64,000 nt of DNA from NCBI GenBank assembly GCA_963727445.1, contig CAVSGI010000009.1:544001-608000 (forward strand). The letters run 5' to 3'. Of the stretch, positions 1 to 9,823 are shown one piece after another. The notes below the pieces were generated by a model. It was given only the letters and a program-made list of their open reading frames with translations, was not told the origin of the DNA and made no database searches. How positions within the stretch are numbered: position 1 is the first letter of the stretch; the number at the start of each line of letters is the position of its first letter. The position numbers and the translations under genes are program-made. The stretch comes from an uncultured delta proteobacterium. GTDB taxonomy: Bacteria; Myxococcota_A; Polyangia; Polyangiales; B10-G4.

Positions 1-367
1 GCGTGATCTGCTGGCGCCCGCGGGCGCGCCCCCAGACCTCCGTGTACTCGGCGACCGTCGTCACCGGCACCGACACCGTCTGGATGCCCTGCCGATAGAA
101 AATGCAGCCGTCGATCTCCGTCGTGTAGTCGGCGCCGTCCGGGCACGTACCCATGCCGGGATTCATCTCGTAGACCATCACCCGATCCATGACCGGCGGC
201 GCGGCGTCCAAGTCTGCGTCCGGCGTGCGCGCGTCGACGGCGGTCACGTCATTCGTCGCCACATCGGTCGCCGATCCATCCGCTCGCCCGTCCACCTCGA
301 GCACCAGCCCGCAGCCCGAGGAGAGCACCAAGGCGAAGGTGAAGAGAGTGCGGAGGCGGGGGGACAA
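1..367 (-). CDS. Hypothetical lipoprotein, 3' end runs off the window
   Basis: Read manually from TTG at 367: MSPRLRTLFTFALVLSSGC (lipobox), then a D/A-rich linker; frame open to position 1. Confidence 0.6.
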   Translation of the reverse strand, partial: MSPRLRTLFTFALVLSSGCGLVLEVDGRADGSATDVATNDVTAVDARTPDADLDAAPPVMDRVMVYEMNPGMGTCPDGADYTTEIDGCIFYRQGIQTVSVPVTTVAEYTEVWGRARGRQQIT

Positions 368-400
368 CCTATGTGAATGGTACCGCGTTCCGGCGCCCAT

Positions 401-2188
401 TCAGAGTCCCGCCGTCGCCGCTGGCACCGGCAGCTCCGCCGAGTCGAGGTTGACGCCGTTGTTGCTGAAGCGAACCTCGTCCATGAGCCGCCCGACGTCG
501 TAACCGGGCACCTGGACGTTCACGCCCACCGGGTTGTCGCTCACGAGCCCGTCGTGCAGGTCGAGCTCGCCGTCCACGGCGACCTGCGCGCCGACCAGCG
601 CATTGCCGCTCAACTGGAAGCGCGTCGCCAGGAGGTGCCCGCCGAGGTATGCGCCCATCCCGATCCCCGTCGCCTCGCAATCCACGCCACAGCTTCGACC
701 CAGCGTTCCCTCCACCAGGATCTCCTCGAGGGTCACGGTCGCGCCGGCGGCAGCGACGACCGCGACCTCGTGACTCCCCGCCACCTCGATGCGCCGGCCG
801 GTGAAGGTGGCGTCGCGCTGGATCTGGAGCGCCCGACCGTAGACGCCGGTCGCGTCCGGCTGTGTGTCGCGCACGACCAGATCCTCGGCCGTCACGCTCG
901 AGCCCTCGTCGGTCGCCAGCACGGCGGCCGTCCGTACACCCTCCAACCGCACCCGCGTGAGCACCGCGGTCGCGCCTTGCCCGATCTCGATGCCGTCGTG
1001 AACGGCGCCAGGCGCTTCGGCCCGAATGATGACGTCGGTCGCGTGCAACGTGCTCCCCGGATCCGCCGCGGCCATGGCGAAGGACCAGATCCGCCGGTGG
1101 CTGGTCCTCTCCAGCGTGATCTCGGAGCCATTGAAGGCGAGAAGGGCGCCGGAGAGCATGGTTGAGGACCTCGGTGAGCCCTCGATGGCCGCGTCACGAA
1201 GGGTGAGCACGCTGCCCAGCAGCGCCAACATCGTCCCATCGCCCACGACCGCCAGGCGCTCGAGGGTGGTGTTGCTGCCCGTGTTGCCGACGAAGACCTC
1301 CGGGTCGTCGCTGCGCGTCGCGACCACGATGTCGGCGAGCTCGATGGTGCCGGCAGAGCTCAGGGCGGTGTGCACCGCGCCGGTGCACGCCACCTCGTTG
1401 CCCATGAGCACGGCGGAAGGCGCCACGTAGAACGCGGTGCCGGCGACGTCGTGGAGCCTCAAGCGGCTGACTTGGGTCGTGCCTCCGGTCGTCGACAGGC
1501 CGGTTCCGCCGATGTCGTCGAAGACGACGCGATGGACCTCGAGGGTGCTCGCGATCGCGTTCAGCCCCGTCCCGGCGCTGGTGATGCGGAGGTTGTCCAC
1601 GATGGCGTGGGTGTTTTCGAAGCTGAGCGCGGGCTCGCGATCCGTGCCCGAAAGCACGACCTCGGCGCAGGCGCCGCGCAGCGAGACGTCGCGGTCGATC
1701 AGCGTCGCCTCGTAGGCGCCGGGGGCGATGGCGACGGCTCCACCATCCGGAGTCGCCGCGACGGCCTCGGCGAGTGTGCGAAACGGCGCGTCCTGGCTGC
1801 CGTCGCCTCCCGGGTCGGCGTCAGCGCGGAGAAAGACGACGGCGGTCTCGGGCACGTCGGTCGGCCACCCGTCGCTGGGGCATGCGGAGGTGACGCTCAC
1901 GCATCCATCGCCGCCGGGAAAGTGGGCCTCGGGCAAAGGGCAATCCTCGAGTCCCATCGGGTAGGGCTCGCAGATCGCCGGGCCGCCCTCGGAGGTCTCG
2001 CGCCAACCGGCCGGGCAGGGCGTCAGCTGCGGGGGCGCGGGCGCGGCGAGGGTGAAAGGGGCGGTTGCGTCGGCGTCGAGGGCGCTGTCGGCGGCACCAT
2101 CGCGGGCGTCGCGCCCTGTGTCCATCGGGCTCACGTCGTCCCCGCACGCCGAAAGCGAAAGGGCGAGCAGGATGAAAAGGGCCCCCAC
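401..2188 (-). CDS. Lipoprotein with a DUF1565-like N-terminal region and right-handed parallel beta-helix repeats
   Basis: LALSLSAC lipobox; Cys-rich segment; GDGSQDAPFRTLAEAV..IAPGAY motif followed by repeated beta-strand units. GTG at 2188 preferred; ORF open to 2233. Confidence 0.7.
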   Translation of the reverse strand: MGALFILLALSLSACGDDVSPMDTGRDARDGAADSALDADATAPFTLAAPAPPQLTPCPAGWRETSEGGPAICEPYPMGLEDCPLPEAHFPGGDGCVSVTSACPSDGWPTDVPETAVVFLRADADPGGDGSQDAPFRTLAEAVAATPDGGAVAIAPGAYEATLIDRDVSLRGACAEVVLSGTDREPALSFENTHAIVDNLRITSAGTGLNAIASTLEVHRVVFDDIGGTGLSTTGGTTQVSRLRLHDVAGTAFYVAPSAVLMGNEVACTGAVHTALSSAGTIELADIVVATRSDDPEVFVGNTGSNTTLERLAVVGDGTMLALLGSVLTLRDAAIEGSPRSSTMLSGALLAFNGSEITLERTSHRRIWSFAMAAADPGSTLHATDVIIRAEAPGAVHDGIEIGQGATAVLTRVRLEGVRTAAVLATDEGSSVTAEDLVVRDTQPDATGVYGRALQIQRDATFTGRRIEVAGSHEVAVVAAAGATVTLEEILVEGTLGRSCGVDCEATGIGMGAYLGGHLLATRFQLSGNALVGAQVAVDGELDLHDGLVSDNPVGVNVQVPGYDVGRLMDEVRFSNNGVNLDSAELPVPAATAGL

Positions 2189-2275
2189 ACCCTGCAGACT
2201 ACCTGGATGTGCGGTGAGAGATCTCCCAACCACGTCGACCCCGAAGTGCTATTCCGGCCGTTCTGGAGATACAGA

Positions 2276-3295
2276 ATGCGCGTACTTCCGGTCCTCTTGG
2301 CCTTCTTCGTCGCCGCTTGTAGCAATCCCACCGACACGCCGGCGCCTGATCCGGCGAGCGGCACCCTGTCGCACACCTTCCCCGGCTTCACGGTGATGGC
2401 CGGTCAGGAGATCGCCGACCAGTGCCAGAGCTGGACCGTCGGCAACGACCAGCCGATCTACGTGAGCCGCGTCAGCGAAGACAACGGAGGCGCCTTCCAT
2501 CACTCGAACTGGTTCGCGGTTCCGCCGAGCGCGTTCCGCGGGGAGGACGGAACCTGGACCTGTCGCGACCGCGGCTACGACGAAGCCGTCGCCGGCCTGG
2601 TGGGCGGCGTCTTCTTCGCGCAGTCGACCCAGGCGCTGGCGGAGGTGCAGCAGTTCGTGCCGGGGGCGGCGGTGTTGGTCCCCGCGAATTCGGTGATCGT
2701 CGGCGGTCTGCATCTGCTCAACGCGACGCCCTCTGCGGTGGACACGCAGATCCGCTTCGACATCGACACCATCCCCGAAGAAGAGGTCACCACCGTCCTT
2801 TCGGCGATGAGCTTTACCAACAACCACCTCGCCATCGCGCCACGCATCGAGTCACGCCATCGGATGGAGTGCGATCTCGACGAGACCTACCAGCGCGAGT
2901 TCGGCCACGGGCCCGACTTCGAGATCTACTACGTGCTCCCGCACTATCACGAGCTGGGCAACTACTTCCGTCTCGAGCTCGTCGGCGGTGAGCGAGACGG
3001 CGAGGTGCTCTACGAAGTCGATGCGGCGGTGGGCGACTGGCTCGGCAAGAGCTTCGATCCACCGATCGAGGTGACGGGCGCGACCGGGGTTCGCATGGTC
3101 TGTGGTTACGACAATCCCCGCGATGAAACCGTCGGTTACGGCATCGGTGACCAGGAGATGTGCGTCTTCCTCGCTTATACCAACAGCCCGCTGCGCTTCG
3201 GCGGGGTCAGCATGGACGCCGCCGACGCCGGTGACGTCGAGGGCATGCCCACCCGCGACTCGTCCTGTCAGCTCTTCTCGTCGCGTAGGCTCTGA
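2276..3295 (+). CDS. Copper type II ascorbate-dependent monooxygenase (PHM/DBH-like) lipoprotein
   Basis: FVAAC lipobox; candidate CuH ligands FHH and LHLLN; CuM ligands PHYH and EMC. Confidence 0.75.
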   Translation: MRVLPVLLAFFVAACSNPTDTPAPDPASGTLSHTFPGFTVMAGQEIADQCQSWTVGNDQPIYVSRVSEDNGGAFHHSNWFAVPPSAFRGEDGTWTCRDRGYDEAVAGLVGGVFFAQSTQALAEVQQFVPGAAVLVPANSVIVGGLHLLNATPSAVDTQIRFDIDTIPEEEVTTVLSAMSFTNNHLAIAPRIESRHRMECDLDETYQREFGHGPDFEIYYVLPHYHELGNYFRLELVGGERDGEVLYEVDAAVGDWLGKSFDPPIEVTGATGVRMVCGYDNPRDETVGYGIGDQEMCVFLAYTNSPLRFGGVSMDAADAGDVEGMPTRDSSCQLFSSRRL

Positions 3296-3336
3296 AAGCG
3301 CTCGAAACTCGCTCGGCGCCGGGTACGATCGGCGCG

Positions 3337-3822
3337 TTGAGCGACAAACGCGCCATCCTCGACGCCGTCCTCGCGAGCCTCGAAGCGGAGGTGGCGTCGC
3401 TCCTCGCTTCCGCCACCGCGACCTACGAAGGCGCGACTCACGAGGAAGCGAAGCCGGAAAACGACAAGGACACCCGCGCCCTCGAAGCGTCGTATCTGGC
3501 CCGCGGTCAGGCGAAGCGCGTCGAGGAGATGAACGAGACGATCACCCGTCTGCGCTTCATAGAGCTGCGCGAGTTCGGCCCGGACGACCCCATCGGGATC
3601 TCGGCGCTGGTGGACGTGGAGATCGATGGCGGGCGCGTGGAGCGGATGTTCCTCGTGCCGATCGGCGGCGGGCGGGAGGTCGAGGTCGGCGGCGCGAAGG
3701 TGCGGGTGGTGACCTCGGGCTCTCCGGTCGGCCGTCAGCTCCTCGGCAAGTACGAGGGGGACGACTTCGTGCTCACCATCGCCGGCAAGCGGCGCGAGTA
3801 CGTGGTCGAAGCGGTGCGCTGA
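3337..3822 (+). CDS. GreA/GreB family transcription elongation factor
   Basis: N-terminal coiled coil (ENDKDTRALEASYLARGQ); C-terminal IGISALV...SPVGRQLLGK. Confidence 0.8.
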   Translation: MSDKRAILDAVLASLEAEVASLLASATATYEGATHEEAKPENDKDTRALEASYLARGQAKRVEEMNETITRLRFIELREFGPDDPIGISALVDVEIDGGRVERMFLVPIGGGREVEVGGAKVRVVTSGSPVGRQLLGKYEGDDFVLTIAGKRREYVVEAVR

Positions 3823-3823
3823 G

Positions 3824-4528
3824 TCACGGCTGCGCGAGGGTCGCGAGGCGACGCGAGACGCCCTCGCGAATGATCGGCCCATGACCGGCACACAGCGTGC
3901 GGACCTCCGGGCCCTCGCGGAGGAAGGTCTTCACGGCGCGGTGGCAGGCCGCCACGTCGAGGCTGTACTCCGGCACCGCGAGCTTGAGGCTCACGCGGAA
4001 GCGTTGCACCGGAAAGCCCGCGAGGATCGCGTCGCCCGAGAAGAGTGAGCCGCTCGGCTCGTGGAGGATCAGCACCGAGCCTTCGGTGTGCCCGGCGACC
4101 TCGTGCGAGACGAATCCCCACTCGCCCTCGCTCTCCTCGAAGGACGCATCGACCTTCGAGAGCGCCGGGTAGCGATCCTCAATCATGCACAACAGGCCGT
4201 GCACGTGTGGCGCCCCGCGTCCGGCGAGGGGCGTGCGCGGGGCCGACTCTTCGAGGATCGCGGCGTCGTCGGGATGCGCCACCACCGGGCAGCGGAAGCG
4301 GTCCCTCAAGAAGGCCGCGTTGCCCGCGTGATCGGAGTGACGGTGGGTGAGCAGGATGGCCGTCAGGTCGCCCGGCTCGCGGACCCCGGCGCGCCGGAGA
4401 TCGGCGATTAGCCCGCGCCGCTCGGCGCGGTGACCGGTGTCGATCAGGAAGTGGCGGCCGCGTTCGTCGCAGAGCAGCCAGCTGTTCGCGATGCGTACCG
4501 AACGGAGTGCGTGGACGGAGAAGGTCAC
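3824..4528 (-). CDS. MBL-fold metallo-hydrolase
   Basis: LIDTG, THRHSDHAG, GHTEGS, FSGDA and GHG motifs. Confidence 0.9.
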   Translation of the reverse strand: MTFSVHALRSVRIANSWLLCDERGRHFLIDTGHRAERRGLIADLRRAGVREPGDLTAILLTHRHSDHAGNAAFLRDRFRCPVVAHPDDAAILEESAPRTPLAGRGAPHVHGLLCMIEDRYPALSKVDASFEESEGEWGFVSHEVAGHTEGSVLILHEPSGSLFSGDAILAGFPVQRFRVSLKLAVPEYSLDVAACHRAVKTFLREGPEVRTLCAGHGPIIREGVSRRLATLAQP

Positions 4529-4563
4529 GGCGAGAGCATAGTCGAGGTATCGTTCGGCGGCTC

Positions 4564-5370
4564 TTGAAGGATTCGACCCGCAAGATTCTGATCGCCGTCG
4601 GCGTCGCGCTCCTGGTGGTGATCGTCACCTGCGGGGGCCTCGGCATCTTCGCCTACTGGAAGATGACCGCGTGCATCGCCGAGCTCGAAGAGCCGGTCGA
4701 GACGGTCGTCGCCGAGCTGCCGTGCCCGTCGGGGGGCCGCGTCGAGGTCGTCAATCTCCGCACGACCACCAACTGGCTCGAGGGTGTGTATCGAAACGAA
4801 GCCTTTCTCCGGTACCCGCCGATCGGTGCCGACGTGCCGGTGACCCTCGGGGGATTCCGCGATTTCCTTCCGGAGGCGCACACACCCGCCTATCGCATCG
4901 ACGGTGACGCGTCTGTCGACGGCTTCCAGGTCTACCTCGACCCGTCGGTGGTGCCCGCGGCCGGGGCTGATGCGCTCGAGGCGTGTTTGATCGGGCGAGC
5001 CGACGAGCTCATGACGGCGCTGCGGCTGGCCGACGCCCTCCACATTCCGCCCGACCCGTCGACGCCAACAGGTGTGGTGTATTGGCGCGCTTCCCGAGAG
5101 GACCTCGAGGTGACCTTCAGCGCGCCCACCGGAGAGACGATCGAGCTGAGCTCGCAGGGCAGTCTCGGGCTCCACGTTCCCGGCCGAGGCACGACCATCG
5201 GGGAGGTGACGCGGGGCGAAGACGGCACGCTCGAGGTCACCGTCGACTACAACCTCTACGCCTCCGGTCTCTCTACAACACCCGTGTCGAGCTTCCGCAC
5301 CGACACGGGCGAGACGCTGGAGCAGTGGTTTGGCGTGCCGCCCACCGTCGCGCCGGGCACGCCGCCCTGA
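4564..5370 (+). CDS. Hypothetical protein with an N-terminal membrane anchor
   Basis: Hydrophobic segment ILIAVGVALLVVIVTCGGLGIFAYW; start uncertain (ORF open from 4507). Confidence 0.6.
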   Translation: MKDSTRKILIAVGVALLVVIVTCGGLGIFAYWKMTACIAELEEPVETVVAELPCPSGGRVEVVNLRTTTNWLEGVYRNEAFLRYPPIGADVPVTLGGFRDFLPEAHTPAYRIDGDASVDGFQVYLDPSVVPAAGADALEACLIGRADELMTALRLADALHIPPDPSTPTGVVYWRASREDLEVTFSAPTGETIELSSQGSLGLHVPGRGTTIGEVTRGEDGTLEVTVDYNLYASGLSTTPVSSFRTDTGETLEQWFGVPPTVAPGTPP

Positions 5371-5376
5371 GCGACC

Positions 5377-5869
5377 TCAGAGCCGGCCGGCCTGGCGCAG
5401 CGCCATGCGGTAGCCGTTGCCGCGACGGTCGCGCGGGTAGTCCGCGAGGAACGCTTCCATCTGATCGAGCATCCGCGCTTCGTTGCCAAGAGCCCGATGC
5501 GCCTCGATCAGGCGCTGGCGCTCGGCCGCGCGCAAACCCTCCCGCTGATCGAGGGCCTGGACGATGCAAGCATCGGCGTCGGCCCCGGCCTCGCACCGGG
5601 CGACGGCGGCGGGAGGAGGCTCGGAGGGATCGAAAGTGGGGGCGGCCGTCGCGGTCTCGGTATCCGTCTCCGTGTCCGTGGCGGTCTCGGTCTCCGTGTC
5701 GGTATCCGTATCCGTCTCGGTCTCGGTCTCGGTCGCGGTCTCCGTCTCCGTCTCCTCCGTCCCCGAGAATCGTCGTCGTCTCCGTTCCGGACGTCTCCGT
5801 GGCGGGGCGTTCGTCGGAGCAGGCGCTCAGGCCGACGAGGGCCGCGGCGGTCAGCACCAGGCCACGCAT
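5377..5869 (-). CDS. Small lipoprotein with a Thr/Glu/Asp-rich linker; one-base frameshift near 5770
   Basis: VGLSAC lipobox; shifting frame at about 5770 gives TEETETETAT...RCEAGADADACIVQALD...MEAFLADYPRDRRGNGYRMALRQAGRL, ending at TGA 5377-5379. Confidence 0.65.
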
Positions 5870-5871
5870 GC

Positions 5872-7161
5872 TCAGAGACCCGAGAGCTGCTGGCGGATGC
5901 GGCGGCGGTTCACGTGGCCCGTGCCGTGGAGCGCGCGCTCGTAATACTCGCGGGCCCGCGCGCGGTCGCGCCGAGCGAGCATGGCGTCACCATAGAGCTC
6001 GAGGGCTGCGCTGAGGTTTTCGTGCTGCTGAAGGAGGCGGTCGAGGAAGCCGACCGCCAGCACGTCGCGGTGCAGGCGCAGGGCGAGGCGCGCCGCGTCG
6101 AGCATCGGCCGCGGGTTGCCCTGCATCAAATCGGCGGCCTGGCGATAGGTGCGGAAGGCCTCCTCGTTCTGCGTCATCGCCTCGTAGAGCTTGGCCTTGG
6201 CCAAGACGGCGCCTGGGTGGTTCTCGACGAGCGCAAGTCCGCGGTCGAGCTCCGCCATGGCCGCTTCGTGCTCCCCGGCGGCGGTGAGGGCGCGCCCCAG
6301 GCCTACGTGAGCGTCCGCGTTCACACGCGATGCCTGGATCGCCGCTTCGTAGGCCGCGCGCGCGCCCGGGATGTCGTTCGTGGCGAGGAGCGCGTCGCCC
6401 AGCGCGATCTGCGCCTCGGCCCAGCCTGGGCGTCCTTCGGTCGCGCGCCGGAGGAAGGGAATGCCATCGCTGCCGCCGAGGGCGCGTCCCAGCTCGAAGG
6501 CGATCTCGGGATGACCCGCGTCAGGGCGTGGGCTCCCCGCTTCGAGCTCGCTCTTCTGATCGGCCGTACGCAGCGCCGAGACCGCGTCGTTTCGGCGATG
6601 GGCCGCGAAGTAGAGCCGGCCCAGGCCGAGGTGTGGCAGGGCGCTGTTCGGCTTCGCGCGCGCGGCGCGCTGGTAGGCGGACTCGGCGTCGCTCACCGCG
6701 TTGCGCAGGCGGTGGGCGTCGCCCAGGGCGAGGAGCGCCTCGAACTCTTCGGCGTTCATCGCGAGGGCGGCTTCGACCTCTTCGAAGGCGCGCGCGCTGC
6801 GGTTCCAGACGAGGAAGGCGCGCGCCTCGCAGACGTGGGCGAGGGGCGAGTCCTCGAAGCGGGCGAGGGGACGACACGCCGCGCGGGCGGGTCGGTACTC
6901 ACCTTCGGCGAAGGCCACCCGCGCGACGTCGAATACGCGCGAGGGATCGTCGCGGTCGAGGCGCGCCGCGGCTTGAAGCGCCCGCTTCGCCTCTCGGAAA
7001 TGACCCGCGCGAAGCAGCGCCAGCCCGTATCGGCTCTGCGCGTCCGCGTCCCGCCGATTCTGTCGCGCCCCGGCCGCGAGCCCTTCGAGGGCCTGCTCCT
7101 GTGCGGCGACCGGCAGAGCCACGGCCCAGAGGAGCGCCGCGATGATGATTCGGAATCCCAC
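5872..7161 (-). CDS. Secreted tetratricopeptide repeat protein
   Basis: Signal peptide (ALPVAA-Q) and many TPR units. Confidence 0.85.
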   Translation of the reverse strand: MGFRIIIAALLWAVALPVAAQEQALEGLAAGARQNRRDADAQSRYGLALLRAGHFREAKRALQAAARLDRDDPSRVFDVARVAFAEGEYRPARAACRPLARFEDSPLAHVCEARAFLVWNRSARAFEEVEAALAMNAEEFEALLALGDAHRLRNAVSDAESAYQRAARAKPNSALPHLGLGRLYFAAHRRNDAVSALRTADQKSELEAGSPRPDAGHPEIAFELGRALGGSDGIPFLRRATEGRPGWAEAQIALGDALLATNDIPGARAAYEAAIQASRVNADAHVGLGRALTAAGEHEAAMAELDRGLALVENHPGAVLAKAKLYEAMTQNEEAFRTYRQAADLMQGNPRPMLDAARLALRLHRDVLAVGFLDRLLQQHENLSAALELYGDAMLARRDRARAREYYERALHGTGHVNRRRIRQQLSGL

Positions 7162-7279
7162 GTGTTTTTCCTCCCCCACAGGGCAGAGAGAGGGAGCCAG
7201 AGCCCCCCAGGGGCGCGAGTGGAGTGAGACGGCGCTCGCGCCCTTTTCTTCAGTTCTCCCACGGCTTTTACCGCCACCA

Positions 7280-7631
7280 GGGACCTGGTCAATGCAGGAG
7301 ATCGGCTCAGGCCCCCTTTGCGCTCGGTGGGCGGAGGGCGGCTGAACGTACTCACTGGGACCTGGTCAATGCAGGAGATCGGCTCAGGCCCCCTTTGCGC
7401 TCGGTGGGCGGAGGGCGGCTGAACGTACTCACTGGGACCTGGTCAATGCAGGAGATCGGCTCAGGCCCCCTTTGCGCTCGGTGGGCGGAGGGCGGCTGAA
7501 CGTACTCACTGGGACCTGGTCAATGCAGGAGAATCGGCTCAGGCCCCCTTTGCGCTCGGTGGGCGGAGGGCGGCTGAACGTACTCACCGGGACCTGGTCA
7601 ATGCAGGAGATCGGCTCAGGCCCCCTTTGCG
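7280..7631. repeat. Intergenic tandem repeat, 77-bp unit, four full copies plus a partial copy
   Basis: Unit GGGACCTGGTCAATGCAGGAGATCGG...GAACGTACTCACT starts at 7280, 7357, 7434, 7511 and 7589; copies are near-identical. Confidence 0.95.
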
Positions 7632-7689
7632 TCGGGCGGCCCGAGCCGCTTTGACGTGGAAGGTGGGCAGTCGTAGCTTCCCGGCGCCC

Positions 7690-8472
7690 ATGACCAGCCG
7701 CCTTCTCACGGGCCTCTTCGCCCTCCTTCTCGCCATGCCCTCGTTGGGGTGCGGCGGCGAGAGCGCCAACCGCAACCTCTCCTACGGCGACAGCGCCGAG
7801 GCCGAGTACCAGGCGGCGTACGAGGACTACGAGGACGGCGACTGCCTCGACGCCGAGCCGGCGTTTCGCAAGGTGCGTCGCGAGTATCCCTACTCTCGCT
7901 ACGCCGCGCTCTCGGAGCTTCGCATCGCCGACTGCCTGCTCCAGGAGGACAAGGCCCCCGAAGCGATCGCCGCCTATCGCCGCTTCGTCCGCAATCGTCC
8001 TTCACACGCCGAGGTCCCCTACGCGCGCTTCAAGATCTCGGAGGCGTACTTCAAGCAGATCCCCGACGAATGGCTCCTCAGCCCCCCCGCCTACGAACGC
8101 GATCAGGGCGCGACGCGCGAGGCGCTTCGCCAGCTGCGGCGCTTCATCCTCGACTTCCCCGATGATGAGCGGGTCGAAGAGGCGAACGACATGGTGCGGC
8201 AATGCCTGGAGCTCCTGGCGCGCCACGAGCTCTACGTCGCCGACTTCTATCTGGAGCGCGGCCATCCCGAAGCGGCAGTCCTGCGCCTCGAGACGCTGGT
8301 CAACTCCTACGAGGGCAGCGGCATCGAGCCCGAGGCGATGCTCCTGCTGGGCCGCGTGCACCTGAACATGCAGAACCAGGACAAGGCGCGGGAGACCTTC
8401 GAGGAGCTCATCGATCGCTTCCCCGATTCCGGCCACGCCCAGCAGGCCCGGGCCTACCTGAGGGAGCTTTGA
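7690..8472 (+). CDS. bamD: Outer membrane protein assembly factor BamD
   Basis: SLGC lipobox; YPYSRYA, P.H..VPYA, ERDQ..TREAL and LARHELYVADFY motifs typical of BamD/YfiO. Confidence 0.9.
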   Translation: MTSRLLTGLFALLLAMPSLGCGGESANRNLSYGDSAEAEYQAAYEDYEDGDCLDAEPAFRKVRREYPYSRYAALSELRIADCLLQEDKAPEAIAAYRRFVRNRPSHAEVPYARFKISEAYFKQIPDEWLLSPPAYERDQGATREALRQLRRFILDFPDDERVEEANDMVRQCLELLARHELYVADFYLERGHPEAAVLRLETLVNSYEGSGIEPEAMLLLGRVHLNMQNQDKARETFEELIDRFPDSGHAQQARAYLREL

Positions 8473-8562
8473 GGTCCGCGCTTTCGTTGGATCAATCCCG
8501 ATCCGCGAGTTAGGATTGCGGCCATTCATTCGCGGGGTGGCCAGCCACCCCGCTCACGCCTC

Positions 8563-9333
8563 ATGGACGATCGGACCAAGCAGATACTCTCCCTCGGGCG
8601 AGAGCACTACGAGAAGCGGGAATTCGACAAGGCGGAGCACTACCTCCGGCAGATCGTCGAACGAACCCTTCGCTACGCCGACGTCTTCAACATGCTGGGC
8701 GTCATCGCCCATGATCGCGGACGTTTCGAGGAGGCCCAGAGCTTCTTCGAGGAGTCGCTCTCGATCAATCCCAACTACACCGAGGCGGCGCTGAACCTCG
8801 CGGTCACCTACAACGATCTCGGTCGCTACGACGAGGCCAAGCGCATCTATCAGGCTGCGCTGAGCCGAGGCGAGGAGTCGGAGAACTCTCTCGACCCCTT
8901 CGTGAAGGGCAAGATCGCCAACCTCCACGCGGAGGTGGCCAAGGCCTATCAGGACGCGGGCCTGATTCGCGAGGCGATGCAGGAGCTCCACAAGGCGGTG
9001 CTCCTCTGCCCTCACTTCGCCGACCTTCGACTTCGTCTCGCGAATCTCTATCGTCAGAAGGGGGACATGGACGCGGCGCGCTTCGAGCTCGAAGAAGCGG
9101 TGAAGTCGCGCCCCGCCTACGTGCCCGCGCGCATCGCGCTCGGCGTGGTGCTCCTGGCGAAGGGCGACAAGGATGGCGCGCAGGTCCAGTGGGACGCGGC
9201 TCTCGAGCACGATCCCGAGAACAAGACCGCGCAGATGTATCTGAGGATGGCGAAGAATCCGCAGCCGTCGGAGCCGCCCCCGCCGGTAGACCCGGCGTCG
9301 GAAGACCTCAGCTCCTTGGACGAAGACGACTGA
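8563..9333 (+). CDS. Cytoplasmic tetratricopeptide repeat protein
   Basis: TPR units (YADVFNMLG, NPNYTEAALNLAVTYNDLG, PHFADLRLRLA). Confidence 0.85.
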   Translation: MDDRTKQILSLGREHYEKREFDKAEHYLRQIVERTLRYADVFNMLGVIAHDRGRFEEAQSFFEESLSINPNYTEAALNLAVTYNDLGRYDEAKRIYQAALSRGEESENSLDPFVKGKIANLHAEVAKAYQDAGLIREAMQELHKAVLLCPHFADLRLRLANLYRQKGDMDAARFELEEAVKSRPAYVPARIALGVVLLAKGDKDGAQVQWDAALEHDPENKTAQMYLRMAKNPQPSEPPPPVDPASEDLSSLDEDD

Positions 9334-9337
9334 GAAG

Positions 9338-9637
9338 ATGACGAGAGTTCGATTCGAACCGTCCGGCTACGAGCTGGACGTTCCCGCCGGCCGTCGCCTG
9401 GTCGACGTCACCGACGAGCACCCCCGCGCCGACGTGCCCTACAGCTGCCGCTCGGCGAGCTGCGGCACTTGCCGGGTCGAGGTGATCGAGGGCATGGAGG
9501 GGCTGTCGCAGCCCGACGACGACGAGCTCGACGTCCTCGACATCTTCGGCAACGAGGAAAACGTGCGCCTGTGCTGCCAGATCAGCCTGGAAAACGAGGT
9601 CCCGCGGCTGGTGCTGCGGGTCGTCGATCCGGACTGA
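9338..9637 (+). CDS. 2Fe-2S ferredoxin (adrenodoxin-like)
   Basis: CRSASCGTC and RLCCQ. Confidence 0.9.
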   Translation: MTRVRFEPSGYELDVPAGRRLVDVTDEHPRADVPYSCRSASCGTCRVEVIEGMEGLSQPDDDELDVLDIFGNEENVRLCCQISLENEVPRLVLRVVDPD

Positions 9638-9823
9638 GCGGCGCGCCGAGCGCCCAGGCGCCGAGCGCCGCTCGAGGCCCGCTCAGCTGCACGCATGAGC
9701 AGCGCGGGTACGCGAGTGGCGGCCCCCCCCTGTGGGATGTAACATCCCGGCCCGTTTTCCGTCCTCCGGGCTGGGACGCGTCCGTCCCCGTCCGCCCGAA
9801 CAACAAACCTTTCGGAAGGTTCG

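Noticed and set aside
7280..7631. CRISPR array
   Set aside because: Units are identical along their full length, with no unique spacers and no cas genes in the window
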